A stretch of DNA of 64,000 nt. It comes from Pseudomonadota bacterium (GTDB taxonomy: Bacteria > Campylobacterota > Campylobacteria > Campylobacterales > Sulfurimonadaceae). This document shows, piece by piece, positions 49,001 through 57,894 of the stretch. The stretch spans positions 64,001-128,000 of the forward strand of contig JAZDQA010000011.1 in NCBI GenBank assembly GCA_043797085.1. The letters run 5' to 3'. The translations under genes and the position numbers were made by a program. Each line of letters starts with the position of its first letter. Within the stretch, counting starts at the first letter, position 1. Under the pieces are notes generated by a model. It ran no database searches. It was not told where the DNA came from and worked only from the letters and a program-made list of their open reading frames with translations.

Positions 49001-50580
49001 TGATTAAACTTGGAGAACTGGCAGTAGAAGAAATTCAGATTCAAAAGTATTACAATGAAAATGGACTAAATAAATATCTTGCTGACGATAATCCAAAAAG
49101 TATTAAATCGTTCATAGTGAGTAAATTACGGCTATTTTTATTAGATAATGGAAAATCCAATGAGGATGAGAATTTTTATTTTAATGATTTGAATCTTGAC
49201 AATTATGAGTCAAAGCTATTAAGCAAGATTTTTTCTGCTTTAGAAGATGCTCCACCACCCAAACATTTTGAGCCTTTATTTTCTCATCTACACATTAAAA
49301 AACTTTCCGATTTGCCAGTGAAAAGTCATTGCGGGAAATTTATATGTGAATTTGAACTATCTAAATATCAACAATATCTTCGATTTGCTTATGACTATCT
49401 CTACTCAGAAGAAAAAATAAATTATGATGCCATTATTACAAATATAGATCAGTTTCAGTCGATAAATATGATTAAAACTGTTTCAATATATGATAAATTA
49501 TATACATCCCGTACTATAAGTCAATTAGCAATTACGGATGCATCTATCGACTTTTTTATCGAGGTTGATATATTGAATGTCACAAGTGAAGAAGGGATAT
49601 ACAAATTCATAGGTCAAAAACTTGGCATAGAATATGAAAAAATTGAACTATATGCTCAAAAAGGTGAACGCTACCGAAAAGATAAAAATATCAAATCAGA
49701 TCAGCATTTTTCAATTGAGTTTGCTGAGTTACCACAAAAGCCGCAAGATTCAATTATGAAGGAACAAAATCATAAAGAAGATCATAATTATGATGAATCT
49801 GAAAAAATTCCCACCCTTGAAGCTATGACATATGAAAGGGAAGAAAGAAAAAAAAGCGGTTATGATATTGCAAAAGGTTATGAAAGAGATGTGCCTGATG
49901 ATGGAAATAACTCTACCAATCCATCGATTGTTAAAGATCAAGAAAAGTATTTACAGGCATATGAAAAAAAACGCACTGCTCGTTTGTCAGAGATAACGAA
50001 TGCTTCAAAATCGATTTCAGATACAACAATAGAAAAACTTAAATTGCAAAATACTAACTTCCCTAATAATTCAAACAAAGTTAAACCAAATAAATATGGA
50101 TATGAAGAAACAAAGAATACATTTAAAAGAAGAGATTGGTATTTAGGTCAGTGCCAAATATGTGGATTTACTTTCAAAACAAAAGATGGTAATCATTGCG
50201 AAAGATTTACGTGGACTGATTTTGGTCGTGGTGAATGGACAGAAGGACAAAAAGCACTGCTAATATATAATATTATCGAGCCAGGAAACTCATTATGTTT
50301 ATGTTCACGGTGTTATTCAATTTTAAAACATGGAGGACAATTCAAAGCTTTATTTTTAGATAATGACTTTCGCCATAAATATAAATCGAATGAATATAGT
50401 TTTGAAAATTTTTTGGAAGATATTGAATTAGATAAACCATTAACACAACCAGACTGTTTTAACGATCATGTTGAATGGAAAGATATGTATTTTACAAGCA
50501 TAGAGTTAAACAAGAAAGAAGAAAATATATATTTTACGGAAGAACATTTACTTTTATTTTTTATTTTCTTGACAAGTTAA
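46018..50580 (+). CDS. Large protein with sacsin-like GHKL ATPase N-terminus and C-terminal Zn/HNH-like region
   Basis: ELIQNAQD, NNEVGF, IGEKGIGFKSVF, FIIQADF; CQICGF...NSLCLCSRC near the C-terminus; GGAG RBS before ATG 46018. Confidence 0.75.
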   Translation: MTEQELYIRKKKSKFEEEKNTDSYKRVQRMAKTLSIDLYESESHFIYELIQNAQDNDYNPNVFPEISFYLLDDGILIQNNEVGFNQNNINSICDFHESTKTENKELGYIGEKGIGFKSVFTISDTPAIHSNGYRFYFKKGEYIEPYWIDDFKSYPEKFADENYTSIYLPYSHDFKHIDDIKNKIKDIEPFVLLFLDKLKKICIYNQNELVLDVSKKINKNGSSNELILKTTKAKYDFITINKIISRPENLIEQKREKIKHREIIFAFPLNEIKDDRIFAFLPTHVKSGLPFIIQADFILTANREGISFTEDWNNWLVVELQQFYEEAVTVFQNHDLLKFTYLIYYKKSNNGNNPVFSNLYEKTIKSIKNKEIILNDNGKWEKPENILILDGIDFEINLLKKLYGTNFSVIHPDFKIDKDLIVKFNIEKINKDKLIDRICRYLENKKNIEVGELKAFTSFLADYETDHLIRRVKKILPILPLYMQETKDYYDANDIYLSDIYQSSFSTESMIKDINIDFTTWNFLSDYYLSNEKLKIFIVKILGDSNQKIINFFETHTDILEAYLYADIENNYPKVLDFLIETKIEDQIIKKLPLILTNQNKFKSAFKATDIYFSHSGTESLEVLNSNLFNILNQNQRYKDLFVRVYGIKTADDVTIIMDQDLRWFEQNKNSRNSENDLHILKLTKKIIYHLDNFDESQKKQLKNKILFIATNSSDNYIKSEKIYLSQNLQEAIYGTDSIEKFIVTDRKELFDFLDARYEIIFEEIDEAKIIRFMHLISFSKSLRKENTESFIKSLKPDLLKDENLKAIKLIIENNPNSDFLKTLKVYDHLDRLDEVQNLYFSKIGDTNIAHLSDEYKKMNLEWGNFKQYFKESGKKAKDIQYIISYLQSESIDCIEAEKVFRYIDTEDLSNQQSLQKFFKTHKLIFDAENNRKYLDDARWKRDKSGKTILSEIYTHDLERFFVKKLGLSDDITIQSVIDELKAFDRKSFEYYELLIKLGELAVEEIQIQKYYNENGLNKYLADDNPKSIKSFIVSKLRLFLLDNGKSNEDENFYFNDLNLDNYESKLLSKIFSALEDAPPPKHFEPLFSHLHIKKLSDLPVKSHCGKFICEFELSKYQQYLRFAYDYLYSEEKINYDAIITNIDQFQSINMIKTVSIYDKLYTSRTISQLAITDASIDFFIEVDILNVTSEEGIYKFIGQKLGIEYEKIELYAQKGERYRKDKNIKSDQHFSIEFAELPQKPQDSIMKEQNHKEDHNYDESEKIPTLEAMTYEREERKKSGYDIAKGYERDVPDDGNNSTNPSIVKDQEKYLQAYEKKRTARLSEITNASKSISDTTIEKLKLQNTNFPNNSNKVKPNKYGYEETKNTFKRRDWYLGQCQICGFTFKTKDGNHCERFTWTDFGRGEWTEGQKALLIYNIIEPGNSLCLCSRCYSILKHGGQFKALFLDNDFRHKYKSNEYSFENFLEDIELDKPLTQPDCFNDHVEWKDMYFTSIELNKKEENIYFTEEHLLLFFIFLTS

Positions 50581-50826
50581 AATATAAGGATCAATATACA
50601 ATGTGCTCAATTTGTAAAACACCTTATGTTGGTGATGGTGTGTTAGATGGAAAACTAATGTGTCTATAAAATGGGGGGCATTCCATTTTATTATAAACCA
50701 ATATCCATGTATTGTATGGAAGGATGCTGAAGATTTGGCGAAACAACTTATTGATGATCTAAGACGCGATTTATAGACTCAAGCTTTGAGCTGATTTGGA
50801 CAAAATTATTTAACCAAAATTGATAG

Positions 50827-51525
50827 TTATATTCTCTTCTCAAACGCCTTCAGTTGCTCTTCACATTTCAAATAGCCGCTCAAGTATTTTTTAACCACTC
50901 CCCAAAACTCTTTCGAGTGATTTTTGTAAGCGATATGCGCCAACTCATGAACCACGGCATATTCGATTAATGACGGGGAAAGTTTCATAAGCTCAGGATT
51001 GAAGGCAATTTGATTCTTATGATTGCAGCTTCCCCATTTAGTATTTGAGGTTTTAAAATCAATATGAGCGGGAGTAAGTTGCATTTTCTTGCTCCATTTG
51101 AGCACCAGCTTTTTGATCTTGTCGTGTGCTTTTTCGAGATAAAAAATTTCAATGGCTTCGCTGATCTTTTCTTGATCAACTTCTTGCGGTATACGTATCT
51201 TGAATTTTGAGTGAATAAAGTCTATTAGAACGCTCTGGCACTCTTCTTTGATCAACTCGACATAATAGCTCTTTCCAAGATAATAAAGGCGTGAGCCTGT
51301 GATTATGGCATCTTGAGACGGTGCTTCACCGAGTTCTTCGAGTTTAACACAAATCCACGCCGCTTTTTTATGAACCAGCTTTTTGATTTCGTCATTATCA
51401 ACCGAATCGTTTGCCCGTACCAACACAGGACAATCTCGTTCAACGGTGATATAAGTGTGTTTGAGCCGATTATTGCGCTGCACTTCAAACTCTATGGTTC
51501 GAGTGCCGTAGGTAATAGCGGTCAT
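50827..51525 (-). CDS. YgjP/M48-like metallopeptidase associated with type I RM
   Basis: KWGSC and VHELAH...NHSKEFW; coupled to hsdR. Confidence 0.85.
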   Translation of the reverse strand: MTAITYGTRTIEFEVQRNNRLKHTYITVERDCPVLVRANDSVDNDEIKKLVHKKAAWICVKLEELGEAPSQDAIITGSRLYYLGKSYYVELIKEECQSVLIDFIHSKFKIRIPQEVDQEKISEAIEIFYLEKAHDKIKKLVLKWSKKMQLTPAHIDFKTSNTKWGSCNHKNQIAFNPELMKLSPSLIEYAVVHELAHIAYKNHSKEFWGVVKKYLSGYLKCEEQLKAFEKRI

Positions 51526-54509
51526 TGGTTTTCTAAAATATCCACAATATCTACAGGAAGCGATTTGAACAATTCACTATCTGCACCAGCAGCACGTAGC
51601 AACGATTTGATTTCTACACGAATCGTCTTTTTAATATCGTCGTGATCTTTCCAGTCGGCTTTTTGGAGATAAATACCGATTTTGTTAAAAATAGCTAACG
51701 TCAATCCCATAGGATCAGGGAGTAGTTTTTCAATTTTCTTGTAAATTGGAAACTGTTCCGTTGAAGCAAGTCCAAGTCGTTGCCACTCGTCTTTGGCATT
51801 TATAATCTCTTCTTGGATTTTATGGAATTCGGTTAGTAAGTGCGCTTGATCGATTCGATCCTCTTCACGATCACGAATTAGTCGCTCCAACCGCTTTGCC
51901 AAATCGTCATAAAACTCAGGATTCTCTTTTTTATTGGCTTGAATCGTGTGTTTGATCCGATTGGCGATGGTCAGCTCTTTGGTTTTACCGCCTTTACGTG
52001 CCAGCTCTTCTTCGAACCGTTTAGAGTCGGTAATATCCACCGCTTCGGACAGCAGATAATGAACTCCTGTTGCACGAAGGTGTTCATCGATAATCATTTG
52101 GATTTTTTTGCTCTCTTCTTTGGTGATAAGGAGCTTTTCAGGGGTATGGGTATTCACTGATTCCAGTTTAATGTCATTGAAGAGTTTTAAATCATACTCA
52201 TACGCTACCGCAAATGGATCAGGCAACACAATATCCATAGACTTGTTAAAGAGCTTCACCAGCTCGATATATTTGTCTCTCAGATCATCGGGTTCGAGAT
52301 ACAGTACACAAGCATCCACAAACTTAGCTCGCTCTTTATGTCTGTCAATTTTAACGGTATTGAAATACGCCACAATTTTTGAATGACGGTTTTCCAGTAT
52401 GGTTTTTTCATTATCAATGTTCGTCATAACGTCACTGGCTTCGAGATCACCGCTAAATATTTTTAAAGCGTCGGTGAGATAGTTGGTAATCCCCGCATAA
52501 TCGACAACAAGTCCATACACTTTTCCACTTCCTGTTCGATTGACCCGTGCGATAGCCTGAAGAAGGTTATGCTCTTTGAGGAGTTTATCGATATACATAC
52601 ATTGAACGATAGGAGCATCGTATCCCGTGAGAAGCATATCTGATACGATCAAAATCGCCGTATTGTCAAACTGTTTTTTGCCGCCTCTACTCAAATCAAT
52701 TTCGCTTCCAAAAGGGAGCTTGAAATTTTCAATCGCTGTTTTTACTTGATCTTCAGACGTTGCCAACTCTCTAAATTCAGGAGGGTCTTTCTTGGTATTC
52801 AAGCTCATGATCACTTTAGTCTCAAAAGTATTCAATCCCTGTTCTTTGAGTTTTAAAAACGCTTTTTGATACGCAATCGCTTGATAACGGTTATGACAAA
52901 CCAGCATAGCTTTATAGCCGTTAGGGTAGATTTTATCTTTGAAATGGGTGATCAAATGTTTAGCAATCTCTTCAAGCCGACGTTTTGCCATGAGAAAAGT
53001 ATCCAAACTTGCCGCTTTGCTTTTGAGCTTGGCTTGTTTCTCTTCAGTTTCATGTCCGAACGTCGCACTGAATACTTCATTCATAAGCTCTTTTTCGATA
53101 AAGAAATCAGGCATTCCCGTCTGATACCGAATCGCCAACGTGTTACCGTCTTCGACCGATTGTTTGATCGTGTACTTATCGATATAGTCCCCGCCGTAAA
53201 ACTCTCGCAATGTCGATTTGGACTCTTTATCGATAGGGGTTCCTGTAAAGGCGATAAACTTGGCTTTGGGAAGTGCGCTTCTCATATACGCCGCCGTCAT
53301 TCCGTATTGGCTACGGTGTGCTTCGTCAATCAGAACAAAGATATTTTCCTTATCCGATAGCACTTCCAGATTATCCCGTTGCTCTTCAGCCCGTTCTTGG
53401 AACTTATGAATCGTTGTCATAAGGGTTTTTCCGTATGTGTCTTTTAGCAGTTCTTTGAGATTGGCGATACTGGCGGTCTGTATCGGATTGTCAAATCCCA
53501 CCCGTCGAAACGTAGAGCTGATTTGATTATCGAGATCGATCCGATCTGTCACCACCAAAATCGTCGGGTTATCAAATCCCGCTTCCTCACGGCGTAATTT
53601 TGTCGCCAAATAGATCATGGTGATCGATTTACCCGATCCTTGGGTGTGCCATACAACACCCCCTTTATTCGTCGTCTGTAATCGATCAAGGATTTTATTG
53701 ACTGCACGGAGCTGCTGATAACGGGGAAGCTTCTTGATCGTTCGCCCCTGATCCACTTCGAAGATCGTGAAGTTACGCACTATGTCCAAAAATATCTCTT
53801 TTTGAAACAAAGCGTGTATTAAAATATCCTGAACCGTCGGTTCCCGATCCACCAGCTCTTGCACTGCCGTAACGTCGTCAGCTCTGTATTTGGCATAGTG
53901 AGGAAAGCTCCCGCCGATTGTTCCATAGAGGGCTTTGCCTTTATTGATTCCAATACACATTTGATTGTAGTGGAAGAGCTTCGGAGAATTGGTTTGGTAA
54001 TATTCCAAGTCGCTGATAGCGTCTGTAATACTCACCTTTGGTGATTTAGCTTCAATCACCGCCAATGGCAAGCCATTGACATAGACAATCAAATCAGGAA
54101 TCGAGTTATTCCCATGCCCGTGGTGTTTCATTTGATTCACGACGAGGAAATTGTTATTTTCGATATTCTGATAATCGATTAGAAATACAGGCTGTGGCTT
54201 GGAATCTGGTGTCGGCTTTTCGGTGATAGCGTCGCTTTTGGTGATTAGTTCAAACGCTCGTTGATTCGCTTCCATGAGGGTACTTGCCGAGATTGTCGTG
54301 ACGTTGCGAATCACCTTTTCGAGAACATTCCCATCCAGCCACGGGTTGATTTTTTGCAGAGCCATTCTGAGCCGATCCAGCAGCACTACTTCATTGATAG
54401 AACTTCGTGAATCTTGTAGTGAAGCGTCGATATAGTCGTATCCCAACTTTTGGAAGAGTTCGATTGCGGGAAGTTCGCTTTGGAAATATTCGGGGGTCAT
54501 TTGGCTCAT
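51522..54509 (-). CDS. hsdR: Type I restriction endonuclease subunit R
   Basis: PDL..YVNGLPLAVIEAK, HTQGSGKS, DEAHRSQ, FTGTP, LLTGYD, QAIARVNR. Confidence 0.95.
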   Translation of the reverse strand: MSQMTPEYFQSELPAIELFQKLGYDYIDASLQDSRSSINEVVLLDRLRMALQKINPWLDGNVLEKVIRNVTTISASTLMEANQRAFELITKSDAITEKPTPDSKPQPVFLIDYQNIENNNFLVVNQMKHHGHGNNSIPDLIVYVNGLPLAVIEAKSPKVSITDAISDLEYYQTNSPKLFHYNQMCIGINKGKALYGTIGGSFPHYAKYRADDVTAVQELVDREPTVQDILIHALFQKEIFLDIVRNFTIFEVDQGRTIKKLPRYQQLRAVNKILDRLQTTNKGGVVWHTQGSGKSITMIYLATKLRREEAGFDNPTILVVTDRIDLDNQISSTFRRVGFDNPIQTASIANLKELLKDTYGKTLMTTIHKFQERAEEQRDNLEVLSDKENIFVLIDEAHRSQYGMTAAYMRSALPKAKFIAFTGTPIDKESKSTLREFYGGDYIDKYTIKQSVEDGNTLAIRYQTGMPDFFIEKELMNEVFSATFGHETEEKQAKLKSKAASLDTFLMAKRRLEEIAKHLITHFKDKIYPNGYKAMLVCHNRYQAIAYQKAFLKLKEQGLNTFETKVIMSLNTKKDPPEFRELATSEDQVKTAIENFKLPFGSEIDLSRGGKKQFDNTAILIVSDMLLTGYDAPIVQCMYIDKLLKEHNLLQAIARVNRTGSGKVYGLVVDYAGITNYLTDALKIFSGDLEASDVMTNIDNEKTILENRHSKIVAYFNTVKIDRHKERAKFVDACVLYLEPDDLRDKYIELVKLFNKSMDIVLPDPFAVAYEYDLKLFNDIKLESVNTHTPEKLLITKEESKKIQMIIDEHLRATGVHYLLSEAVDITDSKRFEEELARKGGKTKELTIANRIKHTIQANKKENPEFYDDLAKRLERLIRDREEDRIDQAHLLTEFHKIQEEIINAKDEWQRLGLASTEQFPIYKKIEKLLPDPMGLTLAIFNKIGIYLQKADWKDHDDIKKTIRVEIKSLLRAAGADSELFKSLPVDIVDILENQ

Positions 54510-54518
54510 AACTTCTCT

Positions 54519-55235
54519 TTAGTTGGATTCTAACTGCTGGACAATAAATTGTTTTTTTTCTTCAATCAAGGGAAACTCGTCAAACAAAATACTAAGTTCT
54601 TGCATATCGCTACTGATCCAACCCAATACCGTCAAAATATCGTTATGAATTTGCTCTAAATTAGGCTGATTGAAAACAGGCTCATAGTGAAAAATACGAT
54701 TTCTAAATTTTCTGATTAAGTCTATAGTATTGCCAACAATGACTTTATCACTATCAACAGAATGCGAAATGGGACAGTTTGGAAATACGTCAGAAAATAT
54801 TTTACGCCACATATTGGTGTAATTTCGCTCCTTAGAGAGCAATAGTTCAGTCCAAAAACCGAAATTAAGTTCTGCAATTATTTTTCCGTCATGGATATTA
54901 TTGTGTCTAAGTTTATATTTGACACCACAAAGCATTTTCCAGCATTCCCGTGAATGTTTCTCTTTTTTAGCGAGATACCTTTCATGTGAATTTGTTTCAT
55001 GCAAATAGAAAAAATCATGGCTCGGATAATGTTTTTTAAATCCGTTATAAATGGCATTACGCAAAGAAACTTCGAGATTTTGAAGTAGAAAATAAAAGTT
55101 TTCAGAGATTTTAGCATTCAGAATATAGTTGGCTATCGCCAGCTTGTTATCATTACTTCCACCATTATTTTTGTAAGTGGATAATCTGCTAGCGGATATA
55201 CTCGTTTCAATGTTGTTATAAAATTGTTGTGTCAT
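54519..55235 (-). CDS. Abi-like (AbiD/AbiF-type) HEPN protein
   Basis: SRLSTY, EVSLRN, LNFGFW and RNRIFH (Rx4H). Confidence 0.8.
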   Translation of the reverse strand: MTQQFYNNIETSISASRLSTYKNNGGSNDNKLAIANYILNAKISENFYFLLQNLEVSLRNAIYNGFKKHYPSHDFFYLHETNSHERYLAKKEKHSRECWKMLCGVKYKLRHNNIHDGKIIAELNFGFWTELLLSKERNYTNMWRKIFSDVFPNCPISHSVDSDKVIVGNTIDLIRKFRNRIFHYEPVFNQPNLEQIHNDILTVLGWISSDMQELSILFDEFPLIEEKKQFIVQQLESN

Positions 55236-55416
55236 TTTGCTACTTTAACTCAATTTAATATGAAATTCGTTACACTTCTTTTAATGAACCTCGGAATCAC
55301 CCGAAGATATAAGTAGGGATTGCCTCTCACTGAAGCTGTCCGAGGTACTGTCTTTCACTTCTAACATTCAAATCTTGATTTATTATCTCTGTAATTTTCA
55401 CCAATAAAGCAACATT

Positions 55417-55584
55417 ATGAAAAAAACAATCGCTAATTCCAATCCCTATTTTTCGACACCACAGAAGAAAGAGAATATGATAGTCAATTCTGTCTATACT
55501 TCCGCTAAAGTCGAAGGCTCCAAAACGACCAAAGAAGAACTGAAAAAACATTATGCACGTCTCATTTTTGCTCAACTTCAATAG
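55417..55584 (+). CDS. Small 55-aa ORF with a Fic-antitoxin-like SxxxEG motif
   Basis: MKKTIANSNPYF...VYTSAKVEG...; below the ORF track cut-off. Confidence 0.35.
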   Translation: MKKTIANSNPYFSTPQKKENMIVNSVYTSAKVEGSKTTKEELKKHYARLIFAQLQ

Positions 55585-56893
55585 GAACGTCAATTCTATC
55601 CATCGCAATACAAACGTTGTCTTTAACAATATAGCATTCAACAAAATGCTTACCTTTGAATTTTGTTGGTTCAGTATGAGTTCTTTCGCCTTTAAAAATT
55701 GATCCCCTCAATTGACCAGCCTTTTTAGACTCTAGCCCTTCATTTTTTACTTTCCAATAAATTTCATATCCATTAGGAATCTCATCGTCTATCTTTTCAA
55801 TAAAAAATTCCAACTTTTTTTGTGCTCTTAATATGGGGACAACACTTAGAAACATATCTCGTATGCCATTTTGTCCTTTTACAATACAATTTATTTTTAA
55901 TTGATAATCTAAAGATATTAGAACAACTTTGTCTTCTATGAATTCTTCAACTTCAGAATAATTTTCATTGAATTTTTCAAGTTTAGCACTTCGTGTAAAT
56001 TCAGGAAATTTATAACCAAAAACTGCTTTCCATTTTTCGATACTTTTCTTTTTATCCTCTTCATTATATGCTTCATTTGTTTTGTCGTTATAAAGTTTAA
56101 TTTTATTTCTAAAATTCGAATATTGATCTTCAGTCCAATTTCGCATAAAGTCTTCTTGAGGCATTATAGGGTTATACACATGCGGCATTACGGAATTTAC
56201 TTGTAAATAATCATTCAGTCTATTTATTAAAGTTTTAAAAGCTGTTGGTAAATTACTATAATTAGTTGTACTATCTGAAGAATAAACTTGATTAGCAAGT
56301 AACGTATTTAATAAAACAGATTTCACTGTAAAATTCTGTTTTATATCTCTCATATATTTAAACAGTCTTATTACCTTTCTAAGGTTGTAATTAGTCAATC
56401 TATTTTTATCGGCTAACCATGTAGTATATTCAATAGGACTTGTTAGTTCAAAGGCATTATCTTTGAAGTTGACTATGTAGTATCCCCCAGCTCTTTCTAT
56501 AAGAGGAACAATATCAATATGAAAATCTCCAGCGTAATTAAGGGTCACGCAGCGAGTATTTTTTTTTATAATATTTTGATATGTACTTGTTTCTTGAAAT
56601 TCTTTAAACAATTGATTTATGTACTCACAAGGATTATCTTCAAATTCATCTATTGGTGTAACCAACAATAAAATATCAGCGTCAAATTCTTTATTCGCTT
56701 TTGGTGGCTTGATAATTGTTTTATGCCTATATGAACCCTGTGAAAACATTTCTTGATAACTATCACAAAATGTATCAGTCTTTTGTATAAATTGATTTAA
56801 AGTATTAAACTTTTGATCCAAAATATTGACTCTCGATTGATTCAGATTCACTTCGTCATTCATAAATTGATTGAAATAGCTAACTAATTGCAC
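55562..56893 (-). CDS. CBASS cyclic oligonucleotide synthase (CD-NTase/SMODS) with AGS-C-like C-terminal domain
   Basis: QGSY..KT, FDAD, HIDIVP; C-terminal YWKVKNEG...E.T.FKG.H.VECY. Confidence 0.85.
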   Translation of the reverse strand: MQLVSYFNQFMNDEVNLNQSRVNILDQKFNTLNQFIQKTDTFCDSYQEMFSQGSYRHKTIIKPPKANKEFDADILLLVTPIDEFEDNPCEYINQLFKEFQETSTYQNIIKKNTRCVTLNYAGDFHIDIVPLIERAGGYYIVNFKDNAFELTSPIEYTTWLADKNRLTNYNLRKVIRLFKYMRDIKQNFTVKSVLLNTLLANQVYSSDSTTNYSNLPTAFKTLINRLNDYLQVNSVMPHVYNPIMPQEDFMRNWTEDQYSNFRNKIKLYNDKTNEAYNEEDKKKSIEKWKAVFGYKFPEFTRSAKLEKFNENYSEVEEFIEDKVVLISLDYQLKINCIVKGQNGIRDMFLSVVPILRAQKKLEFFIEKIDDEIPNGYEIYWKVKNEGLESKKAGQLRGSIFKGERTHTEPTKFKGKHFVECYIVKDNVCIAMDRIDVPIEVEQK

Positions 56894-56894
56894 A

Positions 56895-57839
56895 TTACTC
56901 TCCTAAGCCTAATAATCTTCGTATTGCTTCACTATTTTCAGCAAAGTGTTTTACTGCTTTTGACTCTAATGTTGAAATGATATTAGTCTTGTCTAATGAT
57001 AACTCATTGTCAGATTCAAAATTAAGTCGTAAATAATTTTCTTTCGGAAGCATAAAATTGACAGTATTATGCACATTAATTGACTGTAAATTCAAAATTG
57101 TGTCAATGAGCTTACTGGTTTTCCATTTAGTGAGAAAACCCCATTTGTCTAGCATAGAATCTTGCGTGTCATAGTATTTGTGCCCTATGCCAGTCCCTAT
57201 AGATAATAGTTTTATATTATTCATAGTAATAGAGTCAATATTATTTGTCGTTTTAATTTTTCCTATGGCTTCTGTTAGTGCAACAAGAGAAGGATTATTT
57301 GCCCATAAGCCCCCATCTGCTAATAAATATTTTTGCATTTCGACTGGATTAAAATATAAAGGTGCCGAACAAGAAGCAAGTATAGCGTCTTGAATTTTTC
57401 GATCTTTATCTCTTTTATATTCAGATAGATAATGTGACTTTATTACATGAACGTCACCGTTAGATATATCAGTTGTAGGGATGAGTAAACGAGTTTTTAT
57501 GGAAGAATCAGATAATGTTTTATTCTTAAATTTACTGTTCAGAAGGTTTTTTAAATGAGAATTGTCATATCTACTTTTAAATAATCCCATTCGTCCAGTT
57601 TGACGTAATTTAAAAATATTTTCACCTTCATTTTTATATAAATCAATTATCTCTTGCAATGGAATATCTATCGCTATGGCTGAAGCTAAGATTGATCCCG
57701 TACTTGTGCCTGCTATTAAGTCAAAATGTTCATTGATCTTGATAGCAAACTTATCTTCTATTTCTTTGAGAATTATCGCAGAATATATCCCTCTTATGCC
57801 ACCACCGTCAATTGAAAGAATTTTAAAATATTGATTCAT
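56895..57839 (-). CDS. Patatin-like phospholipase, CBASS effector (CapV-like)
   Basis: DGGGIRG, GTSTG, DGG..ANNP; immediately upstream of the CD-NTase. Confidence 0.88.
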   Translation of the reverse strand: MNQYFKILSIDGGGIRGIYSAIILKEIEDKFAIKINEHFDLIAGTSTGSILASAIAIDIPLQEIIDLYKNEGENIFKLRQTGRMGLFKSRYDNSHLKNLLNSKFKNKTLSDSSIKTRLLIPTTDISNGDVHVIKSHYLSEYKRDKDRKIQDAILASCSAPLYFNPVEMQKYLLADGGLWANNPSLVALTEAIGKIKTTNNIDSITMNNIKLLSIGTGIGHKYYDTQDSMLDKWGFLTKWKTSKLIDTILNLQSINVHNTVNFMLPKENYLRLNFESDNELSLDKTNIISTLESKAVKHFAENSEAIRRLLGLGE

Positions 57840-57894
57840 TAAAACACTAACTCCATTGATTTTTTTAGCAGTTTAATTATCAAAGTATCGTTTT

